DNA of 55,185 nucleotides from Gracilinanus agilis. Its lineage: Eukaryota. Every line of letters begins with the position of its first letter. The stretch's first letter is position 1. The notes below the pieces were generated by a model that saw only the letters and a list, made by a program, of their open reading frames with translations, ran no database searches and was not told where the DNA came from. Shown here piece after piece: positions 22,450 to 33,392 of this stretch. Made by a program: the position numbers and the translations under genes. The DNA lies in assembly GCF_016433145.1 (NCBI RefSeq), contig NC_058135.1, forward strand, positions 285,627,655 through 285,682,839, given 5' to 3'.

Positions 22450-25400
22450 TCAAGCATCCAGGGATGAGGCAGGGGACAGAGAAGGGGTCCGGGAGGGCGT
22501 GGGGGGGGGCGGGCCAGGGCCCCCGCCACCCAGCATGCGCCACTGGAAAATGCTCGAATCCTTTCCTCCCAACGAGATGAGGTGAGAATCGTCATGAGTG
22601 AACCGGACACTGGTGACGTGGCTGCCGTGGCCTCCGTACTTTCGGCTGGGCGACTGGGGGTGGGGAGGACATCTTAGAACCGGCAGAATGAGGTGGGATG
22701 GGGCCCAGGCGCCGGGGTAGGAGCGCACCACTTACAGATGAGCCAACTGAGGCTAAGAGGGAGGGAGCCCTGCCCGCGGCCCCTCCAGACTTCCCCCCTC
22801 ACCTTGGCCTTGGCACAGGGGTACAGAAACAGGTGCACTTTGCAGAAGTCATCGGCCACGGCCACCACTCGCTCATTGTGGGAGCGGCACAGAGAGTTGA
22901 TGTCCGTTCCGTCCGATCCATCCGGCCACACGCCTACCGAGTCAAGCCCTCCTCATTCCTGCTTCCTCCGCAGTACAAGCTCCCACATTCCGGGCCACCC
23001 ACGGCCTGGCCTTTCTATTGTTCCCGGACATTCCCAGACCCACAACACTGCATTCTGGGCCAAGGCTACTGGCCCTCCCCTCCACCCAAGGGCCTTCTCG
23101 GGCAGCCCCAGTGGAGCGTCCCCCTCCTCGGTGTTCCCAGCTAGCTCCGGCAGGCTGGGGGCTCACCATACACGTGGAAACCCAAGACACAGGTGTAGGT
23201 CGCCCACTCTCGGTCTCGGCTCTCATACCGATTTCTCAGCAGCTTGCAACCCCCTGCCACGTCCCCTGGGAGGAAGGGAAGGAAGAAACCCAGCTCAGGT
23301 CAATCCCTTTCCATCAGCTCGGAAGACTGAAGAAAACGTGGAGAGAGGAAACAGCCAGCCGGCCTTGGGGATCTGCCCACAAATCTAGTGCCTAAGCCGG
23401 CCCACCCTCCCAGCCAGGATCCCCAGTGATTTTTCTCTAAAGGTCTTTGCTGAGCACTTTTTCCATGGATTGGGTTCATGAGATCACAGGCCTTGGAGCC
23501 GGAAAGGGCTTTAGAAAATAGAAATATCAAATGTCAAAGCAGGAAGGGACTGTCGGAGCTCAGAGGGGCCTTAAAAACTAGAATGTCAGAGCTGGGCCAG
23601 CCCCAGAGATCATCTAGTCCAATGTTCTCATTTTACAGAAGCTGAAGAAGGGAGGTGCCCGGCCCGAAGTGCCCCAGAGATTCAAACCCAGCCGCTCTGC
23701 CCCACATCCAGCAGTCGTCCCCCCTCTACCACCCTAGCTGGGAGCCACGGTGAGTGGCTTCTCTGTGACCCACCCCTGTGAACCCCTCCTCACAGTAGAG
23801 GATCTCGTAGTCCCCAGAATTGGACATGATGAAGTTCCCATCCTTGGACCAGTCTAGGTGGGTGATGAAGCTGGAGTGCCCCTGGGGAAGGAAAGGGTCC
23901 CAGTTGGAGCCTCCAGTTCCAGGCCATTTCCTAGGAGAGTCTGTAAGCCCCTTCCCGCTCTCCTCGTCCAGCACACTCACCAGGCATCGGCCAAACCGGC
24001 TGCACTTGGCCCCATCACTGGACACTCCGTAGATGTAGATGGTGTTGTCGTGGGAACCTATGGCCAGGTACATCCCATCTGTAGGAGTCAGCCAGTCAGT
24101 CAACAAGCACTGATTAAGGGTGTACTGGGGCCAATCAGCTCGGCCAGAGCAAACCAGCCTCTGCTTTCAGGCGGCTCCCCTCCAGGCCTGGAGACAACTG
24201 ACCCACCGTTATGCACATAAAAGACACGCAGGGGAGGAAAGAACAAGCAGCTGCGGGGCCTGGGGACGAGCAGGCGGGGAGAGAGGCCTCTGGGTGGGGG
24301 CAGGGGTGGGAGAGGCTCTCACCTGGACTATACCTGACAACTGAGAGCTGCTCATTACCATCCGTGAAATCCGACACGATCTCCCGGGTCTCTGTGTCCA
24401 GGACCAGCCACCTGGGGTCAGAGGAGAGGATGGGCGCCGGCCGCCTCCCCCAGCCCCAGCTCACCCTTCCCTCCCTCCCCTCCTTTCCGCCTCTCACCTC
24501 CCAGTGTTCAGTCCCACAGCCACGACCTTCCCACCGGGGTGGAAGTCCGCACAGAGGCCCGTCTCCTGGAGGGGGAGGGGGTCAGAGATGTCATGCTGCC
24601 CACAAGCTCGGAGGCCCCCCTCCTGCCATGCTTCCCGGGATGATGGGGGAGGGCTCTCGGCCCAGTACCTTGAGGTCCAGGCTCCAAGCCAGGGCGTGGC
24701 ACTCGCCATCCCACAGGCAGAGCTGCCGATCGTGGCCGCAGGTGAGGAAGCGGTTCAGGGAGGGGTGAGTGCAGAGGCCCCAGAGCTCGTCCGTGTGGCC
24801 CTGGGGATCCACAGAGGGCGTCAGCTCTCCCTCCCTCCCTCCCAGCTCCCCCCAAGCCCCCCCTCCACACAGGCCTAACCTGGATAACGGGGGAAAAGCC
24901 CTGAGTCAGGTCCCCCCTCAGCAACGCATTCTTGGTGGTGCCCACGAGCAGCTCTGAGCCGAGCCCTTCGGCGATGGCGCGGACAGCTCCAAACTGTTCT
25001 GGGATCTGGAGGGTCGGGAGCTCGTGATGGGGGGGCTGCCCTCCAGCCCCCCCAGCCCGCCCTCCTCCCCCCAGTCCGGGCCTTACCTCGGCCTCCTGGA
25101 GAGCCGTGAGCCCCTGCCCCCACTGGACCAGCCGCCGGTCCCGCCCACCCCCGCTCAGCACCGTCCCATCCCTCAGGAGACACAAAGCGAAGATGGAGCC
25201 CTCGTGGGCTCGGGTCTGAGCCACAATCCCAAACGTCTCTGTACGGAGAAGGAGAAGGGAGGCCCATGCACGTCATCGTGGAGCCAACAGACCGGAAGAG
25301 CAAAAAGGACTGAGCACGAGGCCGGCTCTAACGAGTCCTTTAGAACCCAGAATGTCAGCTGGGAAGAACCTTGGAACGGCCTATCAGGAGCTGCTAGGTA

Positions 25401-28400
25401 GAAAGAGGCCCAGAGACTGGAGGTCCTGGGTTCAAATCTGGCCCTAGCTGTGTGACCTTGGGCAAGTCACTTCACCCCCATTGCCTAGCCCTTTGGGCTT
25501 TTGTGCCTTAGGTCTAATACTTGGTCTAAGACAGTGTCCTAGACTGGATCCAAGACAGAAGGAGGTTGGGTTTGTTTGTTTTTTAAACCCTCCCCTTCCA
25601 TCTTGGAGTCAATACTGTGTATCGGCTCCAAGGCAGAAGAGTGGTAAGGATGGGCAATGGGGGTCAAGTGACTTGCCCAGGGTCACACAGCTGGGAAGTG
25701 TCTAAGGCCAGATTTGAACCCAGGACCTCCCGTCTCTGGGTCTGACTCTCAGGCCACTGAGCCACCCAGCTGCCCCACCCCACCCCACCCCCACCCCCGG
25801 CCAGGTTGGGTTTTTTTAAACTAAAAATAAATAAATAAATAATGGCACTGTAAGAGCCTGAAGGGGGTGGGGTGGCCCCAGAAGGGCAGAGCTGGAAGAA
25901 CCAGCCTCAGCAACCATGCAAGGGCAGAAAAGGCTTCCCCTTCATGGCAGCCCGGCCAGTGGCAGTCTAGGGGAACCTAAGACGGCCGGGGTTCGCTGCC
26001 TCCATTAATAATGGAAGGAGGCACTAAATTTCTGTAGAGGTGGGTGAGGATGGAAAAATGTTCTTCAAGCTCTGGGATGGAGCCCTGACCAACCCTCTCA
26101 TTTCACAGACAGAACCGAGGCCCAGCCGGGGAAGGGCCTCTCCCAGCCCTTTCCCAGCCCTCCTCAAGGGCCACCCTGGGGGGAAGGGGATGGGGGAGGG
26201 GCATACCTTTAGCCCCACCCCTGCCTGGGGTCCGGGCGTCAGGCAGGCTCCGCCCCCAGGTGAGGATGGTCCCTTCTGAGTCCCCAGTGAGGATGTCTCC
26301 ATCGGGGAGGAAGACAAAGCAGGGGACAAATTTGGGCTTCTTGTATTTCTGGGAGGGGTCAGAGGGCAGAGGTTAAAGGTGAGTACTTTCCTCTGGGGGT
26401 CAGAGGTCAGTCACCCCGTCCCCACCCGTCCAGCCCCTCTGGCAGGCCTCACCCCAAAGACGCCCTGTTTCCTCGCCAGGCCCCCGTTCCCCAGAGCCCC
26501 TCCTCCAGGAGACCAGTTCCAGAAGTGCACGTGAGACTTTCCACTGGTCACGATACAAGTGCTGTCCTGGGGGTTGAAGCCCACGGCCAGGACAGAGTCG
26601 TTGGTGCTCTGGAGGGAGGGAGAGCTGGGTGTGAGACCGCCAGCCGGCACCCGGCACCCGGCTCCTTGGGCCGGGCCAGCCCAAGAGCCCCGGCCTCCTA
26701 GGCTCAGAGATGGAGAGCTGGAAGGGGCCTTAAGAGTGCCTTCTGGGGGAAACTGAGGCCCACATGACTTGGTCAGACCAATAGTTAGTAAGGGACAGAG
26801 TGGGACTTGAACCCGGGTCCAGAGTACTCGCCACTGCTTCACACTGCCAATACCTCCTGAGAGGAGGCTCCATGAACCACAGAGATGCTCCGAGACTCTA
26901 ACTTTTCCTTCTACCTCACGATTTTGCCCTGACCTGGGCCAACCACTGTTCCCCCACGTGAGGCCCCAAGAGGCTCCTCCCCCAGCCCCCCCAGGGCCCT
27001 CACCTTGATTTCCACCAGCTTGGTCCCTCGGCTCCAGTCCCACACGGACAACATGTGCTCGTTAGAGTCATCCACCACACAAAGGAAGCTGCCCTGATCC
27101 TGGGGGGGGCGAGGGGACATCGGGGCCTCAGGGGGAGCCCTGGGCCTGAGGGAGTCCCGAGGAGAGGGGACGGAAGGGCTAAAATGGGCCCCAGCGCAGG
27201 GGCCAAGAGGATGGCAAGCAGACAGGGAGTCAGCCAACGTTTATTGAGCACCTACTGTGGGCCAGGCACCGTGCTAAGGCAGGGAGGGCTGCCTTTATCG
27301 GTAGAGACAAGCCCAGTTCCCTGGGGTCCTGGGGTCCTGGGGTGGGCCCGGACTGTGGATTTTTCCAAGGTTGGGGAGAGGCCGGCTCACCGAGACAGAG
27401 AAGGCGAGGGCCCCGACCCCTCGCTCAAACACCCCGAGGCCGATCTCCTGGAGCTTCTGCAGCTTCTCTGAATCCCAGATGTGAACCACCGGCTGAAGTG
27501 GCTGATGGTAAAAAGTCAGAGGGCCAGAGGCAAAGGGAAGTCACTAAACAGGCTCAGACCCCCGGCCCACCCTGTCCAGGCTCGAGATCCCACAGTACCT
27601 TCCCATCTTTGTCGACCCCGGCTGTCTGTCCAGAAGCTACTCGGACACCATCAGGATGGACGGCAAGACTAAAGGGTGGAGAAGGGGATGTGCCAGTGGG
27701 GGAGGGGTCTGAGCCCCCCTCGGACCCCAGAATTCAGGGCTGTGGGTAGTTGGCCTAGGTGAGTTCTAAGGTATCAGCTGCCTCACAGTCAGAGGATCCA
27801 AGGCCCAACTGTGGCCATAGAGAAAAGGCAAAAGATCTTGCTCAAAGTTCCTTGTGGGAGGAACTGACTCTAGTCCCGGTTAGCCCATCACCTTCCCTCC
27901 CCTCCGGGTTCTCCCGCCCCAGCCAAGGGGCTGAGCCTCACCAGCGCACACAGTCGGTGTGCCCCAGGTAGTGTCTCTGGCCTCCCCCCCCAGGGCCTCC
28001 CGGGCCTCCTCCGGGCCGGTACAGCACCACCACACAGGCGATAAAATAAACGACTTCCCCAGAGCGCAGGACAAACAAGTTGGAGCGCGAGTCCCGGCCC
28101 CTGTACCCATAGCTGGGAGGAGGAGGGGAAGGTCAAGGAAAAGAGGCCCGAGATGAGACAACCTCAGTCACCCGGGCTGCCCTCCCTCTCCATCTCCCAG
28201 CACACGGCAGGGCTGAATCTTGCCCATCCTGCCTCCAACCGCCTTCTCTTCCCCCTCAAAGCCATCAGCCTGGTTCTGGGCCTCATCACTGCCAGGGCCA
28301 GAGACCCCCCAGAATCAGAGAATGGGGAAGCCTCCCTCTCTCTTCTGATCTCCCCTCTGATCTCTCTCCACAACAGCCACCAAAAGGCACCTTCCCAAAA

Positions 28401-31400
28401 CACCACTTTGACCGTCACTCCTCCCTTAAGCGCCTTCCGTGTCTCCCTATTATCTCTACAATAAATCCTAACTCCTTATCTGGACATCTTTGACCCGCCC
28501 CCCACAGGACCTCAGGACACTCGGGAGTGCCTTCTTCCATGCCTAGCCTGCTTCGTCTTTGCCCAGCTCAGGGCCACCTTCCTCGATCCTCTCTGGGAAA
28601 CGGAGACTCTCCTGCCTTCAGAGTCTTTCTGTATCGCTTTAGGAGACTCACAGTGTCTACTACCTAGTAACAAACGTATAGGGGCCTCCCATGTCGCCCC
28701 CTACTCCACGGAAGGCTCCTGGAAGCCACCCATGTGGCCTCAAGCTCGGGCTGAATACTAAATGTGGCGGGAGCGGAATTGGGAAACTGCTCTAATCGGA
28801 AGTCGAGGGAGGGGAGCTTCGGGGGAGAAGGCTGGCAAGGGCACTGGGGGAGAGGGACAAGAAGATTCGGGGCTCGTCTGAAGGAAACTTGGAGGAGAGG
28901 AGGGGACAGGATGGGAGGATACACCCAGTCAAGGCTGAGGTTCTCAGGGGGTGGGCCACTGGGCAGCTCCTCGGGACTGCGGACGCCCGACGGGATGTAC
29001 ATGGTGATGGGTCGACCCCGAAGGAACATCTTCACCGAGATGCCCTCTGCAGGGGAGACAGGGAGAGCAGGGTTACTGTCCAATTCTCTCTCCCCCTGCC
29101 AGGCAGAGCTCTCTCTTCCTGAGCCCCACAGGGACTCTTAACGGGGAGAAAGGGAGCAAAATGGGAGATGAAGTCTGTCCTTGGAGCCCCGACCTCACTC
29201 AAGGGAGTTCCATAGTCTCAGAACTGGAAAGGGCCCCAGACTGACCACAAATCTCACCTCCACCACAGAGCTATCGAGCAATCCTCACTCACTGCTGCTG
29301 GGCCACCTCGGGGGATGGAGAGCTCACTATCTTTGGAGGCAACCACGCTCCTTGGAGGCCTCCCCGGTGTCCTCCTCCCACCCAAAATGCCCCGTTTCAA
29401 CCCAGATCTGTCCTTACCCAGATTATAATTGCTCCTCCGAGAACCAGGTCCTCCAGGGCTGGAGACAGGATCCTTCCCACCTCGGCTACAGAGAGAGGGT
29501 GAAAAAAGCCAAGAGGCGAATCAGGCCTTGAGAAGAGGAGTCTGGGAGACAGCCTGGTTAGCATCCAGAAACAGCCTAACTAAAGCTGGCAAGGATGTGG
29601 AACTTGAAGGTTTCCAAAGTGCCTTTTCAAACATGGTCTCGTTCAATGCTATGGTTACCTCCATTTCACAGATGGGAAAACGGAGGCAGAGCAGTGAAGT
29701 GACTTGCCTGGGGTCACATACCTAGTAAGTACCTGCGGCCAATCTGAACTCAGGTCTTCCTGACTCCAAATCTAGCACCGATCCAGCCACCTTGCTACCC
29801 CCTAGCTACCACCGTGGCCCTCCGGGGAAGGTGGAACATTCCAGGGAGCCACCCTCGGCCCATGAAGACCAGTAAGTGCCGTCTACTCTAAAGCTTCACC
29901 TGAGACCCTGAAAGGATGTAGTGACTTGGAATCAAGGAGCAGTCAGAGGCAGGCTTTGAATTCAGGTTTCATTCAGCGGCTAACTGTGGAACTCCGAGCT
30001 CACGCTGTTTCCCGCCCTGGGCATTACTGTCCCCATTTTACAGATAAGGAAATAGTCTCACACAGGTAGTAAGCTAAGTGTCTGAGCCAGGATTCAAACC
30101 CAGGTCTCTCCCGAAGGGACAAACTTCTTGCTGCCCACGATGTCCATGAAATTTTTAGGGTCCTTTGAAGAGAAGGTGAGGCTGCTTCCCCCAACCAAAA
30201 AGAAATGCAAGGACAACACTGGAGAAGAGACCAAATGTCCCGTGGCCTAAGGGTGCTCCATTTGGGGCTCCCAAGTCACGTTACCATCAAGATTTCCCCT
30301 CCTTCCAAACACAACTGTTTCTACTTCTTATTCCACATCAGGACTAGTCAGCCGTGGACACTAACAAGTTCTATGGCTATCCACGGCTTCTAGGTATGAT
30401 ATGTTAGTAAGAATCCCATCCTCAAAGTCAAGAGAGCCAGGAGCTCCAGCAGAGAGGAAGCCTCGACCAGCTGGGTGCTCGACACACCACCTCAGTTTCC
30501 ACATCTAAAAAATGGGAATAATAATCTTTGTCACCTGCTTTACCAGGCTGTTGGGAAGTGCATGCTTAGTACACCTTAAAGAATAGAGAAATGAGGGTTG
30601 ATGAACACGTCATCTCCCCTGTGGGTTCCACGATGGCAGGAGTAGAATGGGTCAGGCTGGGTAGGGGCCCTTTGACCACCTGACCAGATTAAGGCCTCAA
30701 AGGCAGAGATGACCTCCCGGGAACAGTTAAGGCCGGGGCAATCGGCCAGGAGGCTGCTGGGCAAAACATCTGGGGGTGTCTTGTCTGCTTGGGGACTCTC
30801 CTAGCTCCATGACGGGTGGGAGGCACCTGGGTACCCTCCTACCACAGCCCCATTTGCACAGTCTAACACAACAGACAGGAGGGGGGTGGGGAGACTTCTT
30901 AATGGCCTGGCTGAAATGTGCTGGGAACGTAGTGCTTTGGCAAGGTTGGGACCTACTTGAGGAGTGGGTTGGCGTGCCCAGATTCAAATCACATTTTTTT
31001 TCCCTCAGTGGGTCTTTGTGCCATCCCTCCCCCTCTTCTCCCTTCCCTCCCCTCCCCCCCCAGTAAAATTACAGGCTTAGACTAGTTCTTAGCCTTTTTT
31101 TGGTATCACGAATCCCTTCAATGGTCTGGCAAGCTAGGAGTCCCTTTTTGGACTCTTGTTTTCAGGTGAATAAAGTGGAATCCAGAGGATTCATTAAGCT
31201 GAAATACAGTTTTTAAACTATTTTCTAAAACAAGTTGGTGGCCCACAGGCTAAGAACCCCTGGAGGAGATGGCCTCCTCCCACATAGTCAGCATCTTTGC
31301 CCCTTCCAGTGCCCAGCACAGGGGTGGGGAAAAAAAACAAAGGAGGTGTTGGGGGGGGGGGGCAGTGTCTTGATGGAGGAGTTACAAACATCTGAGTTTG

Positions 31401-32711
31401 AAGCCTGCCTCAGACATTGGGTGACCAAGTGTCCCTGGCCAAGTCCTTAGTTTCATCATCTGTGAAACAGGGACATAATGGCATCGGCTGCACTGGCACT
31501 CGTCGTGGTGAGGGCCGAGAAACTACCTTGAGTGTTTGTGGAACGAATGAATAGAGGAGCTGATGAGAGCTGGCTGGACTGGCCCATCCCGGGGGAGGGG
31601 TCGGGGAGCAGGGCCGGGGGCTCGGAGGAGCCAGGGAGGCTCCTCTCTTACTGCATCTGGCAAGCACACTGGAAGGCTGAGGAACAGGGGGAGGGAGGGA
31701 GGGAGCAGGCTCTGGAGCGCTGGCGGAAGCCCACCTTTCGGAGCGGAGCAGCAGGTTGGCCGAGGACACCGCTTTCCTGGAGAGCTTCTGTCGGGGCCGC
31801 TCCGAGGGGGAGGAGGAAGAGGAGGAATTCCGCCGAGGCCTGAAGTGGGGGCCGGAGGGGAGGGGTGGGCAGGGCAAGGAGGAAGGTGAAGTTAAGGTTC
31901 CGGGCTCCCTTCTCACTCCTGCCAGGCAGGGGAAAGATCTCAGGTGCAGAGTCCTGAGGCCACCCCCCACCCTGGGGCTCGCACCACTCCCCCGTGCCCG
32001 AGGAACTCACGTGTCTCCCCTCTGAGGGAGCTGGAAGGGCCGGAGCGCCCCGGGAGGGCCGGGAGAGCTGGTGCCCCCGCTGCTGCTGCCCCCGCCTTCT
32101 GACTGAGCACCCCCCGGCTCCTCCTCGCAGCCCCCAGCCCGGGCTGGGGGCCCATTGCTCAGGCTGAAGGGGCCACAAGTCGGCCTGGCCTCAGGCTCCG
32201 CATCTGTCTGGGTGCCCCTGCTCACCAAGGAGGGGCTGGTGGGGGGTGGCAGTCCAGGGGGGGCCGCGGGGCTGCTGGAGGAGACAGTGAAGAGGTGAGG
32301 CCGGCCCCGGGGCACCGAGCGCCAGGGAGGAAGGGGGCAGGAGGTGCGAGGGCAGCCGGATACCTGGCGCTCATCGAGGCGGAGGCGGAGGCGGCTGCGG
32401 TAGCGGCGGCGGACTCCCTGGCAGCCTGCAGGGAGCCTGGGGCCAGCGGGCTCCCCTCCCTCATCCTGAGTCTCCGCAGGACTTCAGCCAGGGCAGCCTT
32501 CACCAGCTCCATCTCCTCCTCCTGGACCCGGAGCCTCTGGCTCAAGGCCCCCAGGCCGTCCGGGCCCCCAGTCTGGCCCTCACCTACATGGGGAGAGAGG
32601 GCCCATGACCGGGGGCTCAGCCCCGACGCCCACCCGGCCCTCTCTGCCTGTCCTCCCGGCCCCTCCCGAGGCCCCGGGGCCGCACTCACCCGGGCCCGCG
32701 GCCCCGGCCAT
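22450..32711 (-). CDS. EML3: Echinoderm microtubule-associated protein-like 3 (coiled coil, HELP, WD40 propellers); 22 coding exons, 911 aa (910 with the alternative NAGNAG acceptor)
   Basis: Exons: 32690-32711, 32364-32583, 32011-32274, 31735-31839, 29418-29485, 28923-29046, 27942-28112, 27599-27668, 27391-27501, 27004-27099, 26453-26608, 26207-26348, 25087-25238, 24880-25005, 24669-24800, 24498-24565, 24323-24411, 23981-24078, 23794-23881, 23167-23265, 22803-22933, 22450-22653 (2736 nt). Motifs LSQRLRVQEEEMELVKAALAE, KMFLRGRPITMYIP, LDWVYGYRGRDSRSNL, GHSSFITHLDWS and C-terminal SRTPSLSPASSLDA match EML3. Confidence 0.97.
23480..23700 (-). mobile_element. MIR-family fragments in EML3 intron 19
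   Basis: agagatcatctagtccaatgttctcattttacagaagctgaag...gattcaaacccag. Confidence 0.6.
25395..25500 (+). mobile_element. Marsupial SINE fragment (sense) in EML3 intron 12
   Basis: gactggaggtcctgggttcaaatctggccctagctgtgtgaccttgggcaagtcacttcacccccattgcctagccc. Confidence 0.8.
25575..25775 (-). mobile_element. Near full-length marsupial SINE (antisense) in EML3 intron 12
   Basis: ttttaaaccctccccttccatcttggagtcaatactgtgtatcggctccaaggcagaagagtgg...ccactgagccacccagctgcccc. Confidence 0.85.
28113..28922 (-). other. U12-type (minor spliceosome) GT-AG intron, EML3 intron 6
   Basis: 5' splice site GTATCCTCC (28914-28922); branch-like TTTTCCTTGACC (28131-28142) with the branch A about 20 nt from the terminal AG. 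Confidence 0.8.
28380..28680 (+). mobile_element. L2 3' fragment
   Basis: cactttgaccgtcactcctccct...tctccctattatctctacaataaatcctaactcctt... L2-like pyrimidine-rich sequence. Boundaries are approximate. Confidence 0.5.
29630..30110 (-). mobile_element. Cluster of MIR/Mar1-like fragments in EML3 intron 4
   Basis: ccatttcacagatgggaaaacggaggc...gtgacttgcctggggtcacatacctagtaagt; ccccattttacagataaggaaa...gccaggattcaaacccaggtct. Confidence 0.65.
30400..30570 (+). mobile_element. MIR fragment
   Basis: cctcagtttccacatctaaaaaatgggaataataa...ggctgttgggaag. Confidence 0.55.
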
Positions 32712-33392
32712 CCTGCCCCCCGGGGTGCGGCCGCGCCTAAGGCTGCGGAGGTGCCGCCAGGGCCATGGCCCGCCCGGGGAGGGCACGGGCCCGTCGGGGC
32801 GCGCTCGGGCTCCCTAGGGCCAGGGGAGCAATCCCGGACCCTGCGCGGCAAACAGACGCCCGCCCGGCCGCCGGACGGACGCGGAGCAGCCAGGAAGCGC
32901 TGGGGGGGGCCGGGCCGCCTGGTAACCCCTCCCTGCCCGGGCGGCCGCGCTCCCACGGGGCGGAAGGGAGGGCGGGGCCGGGCCCACAGCTCGGCCGGGG
33001 GCGCCCCCGCACACTGCTCCCCCTTTCTCGGGGTGCATGAGAAAGGAGACCCGACAGCACCCCACTCCGAACCTCCCCCCACCCCCCATGGCCTGGGGCA
33101 AAGCGTGCGTGTCGGGACGCGGCGCCGGGGGCCAGACGGGGAGGGGCTACAGGACTGTCCGTCTTCCCAGGGGGTGGGGCCAGGACAATCTGTGCGGGCC
33201 TGGGGGGTGGGGGTGGGGGTGAAGGGGAGAGGAGGGCCAAAAGTTATTAGGGCCCGGGGGTGGTTCCCTGGGGTATTGGGGTCAGGTTGGCATTAACCCA
33301 GCGCTGAGCCAAGCCAGGCTGACTCAGCGGCCTTGGCCCTGCCCTGGTCCCCAGGCAGGCCCCTCCACACTCCCCCAGGGCAGAGATGGGAG
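32712..33392. promoter_or_regulatory. Shared divergent EML3/ROM1 promoter region (CpG island)
   Basis: Head-to-head ATGs at 32711 (-) and 33393 (+), 681 nt apart. CpG-rich on the EML3 side; MARE-like gctgactcagc at 33318-33328 on the ROM1 side. Confidence 0.75.

Noticed and set aside
32222-33296. 286-aa minus ORF and 333-aa plus ORF across the EML3 5' end
   Set aside because: The 286-aa ORF starts at GTG and simply reads through promoter and intron 1 into the exon 2 frame; the plus ORF is its GC-rich antisense shadow.
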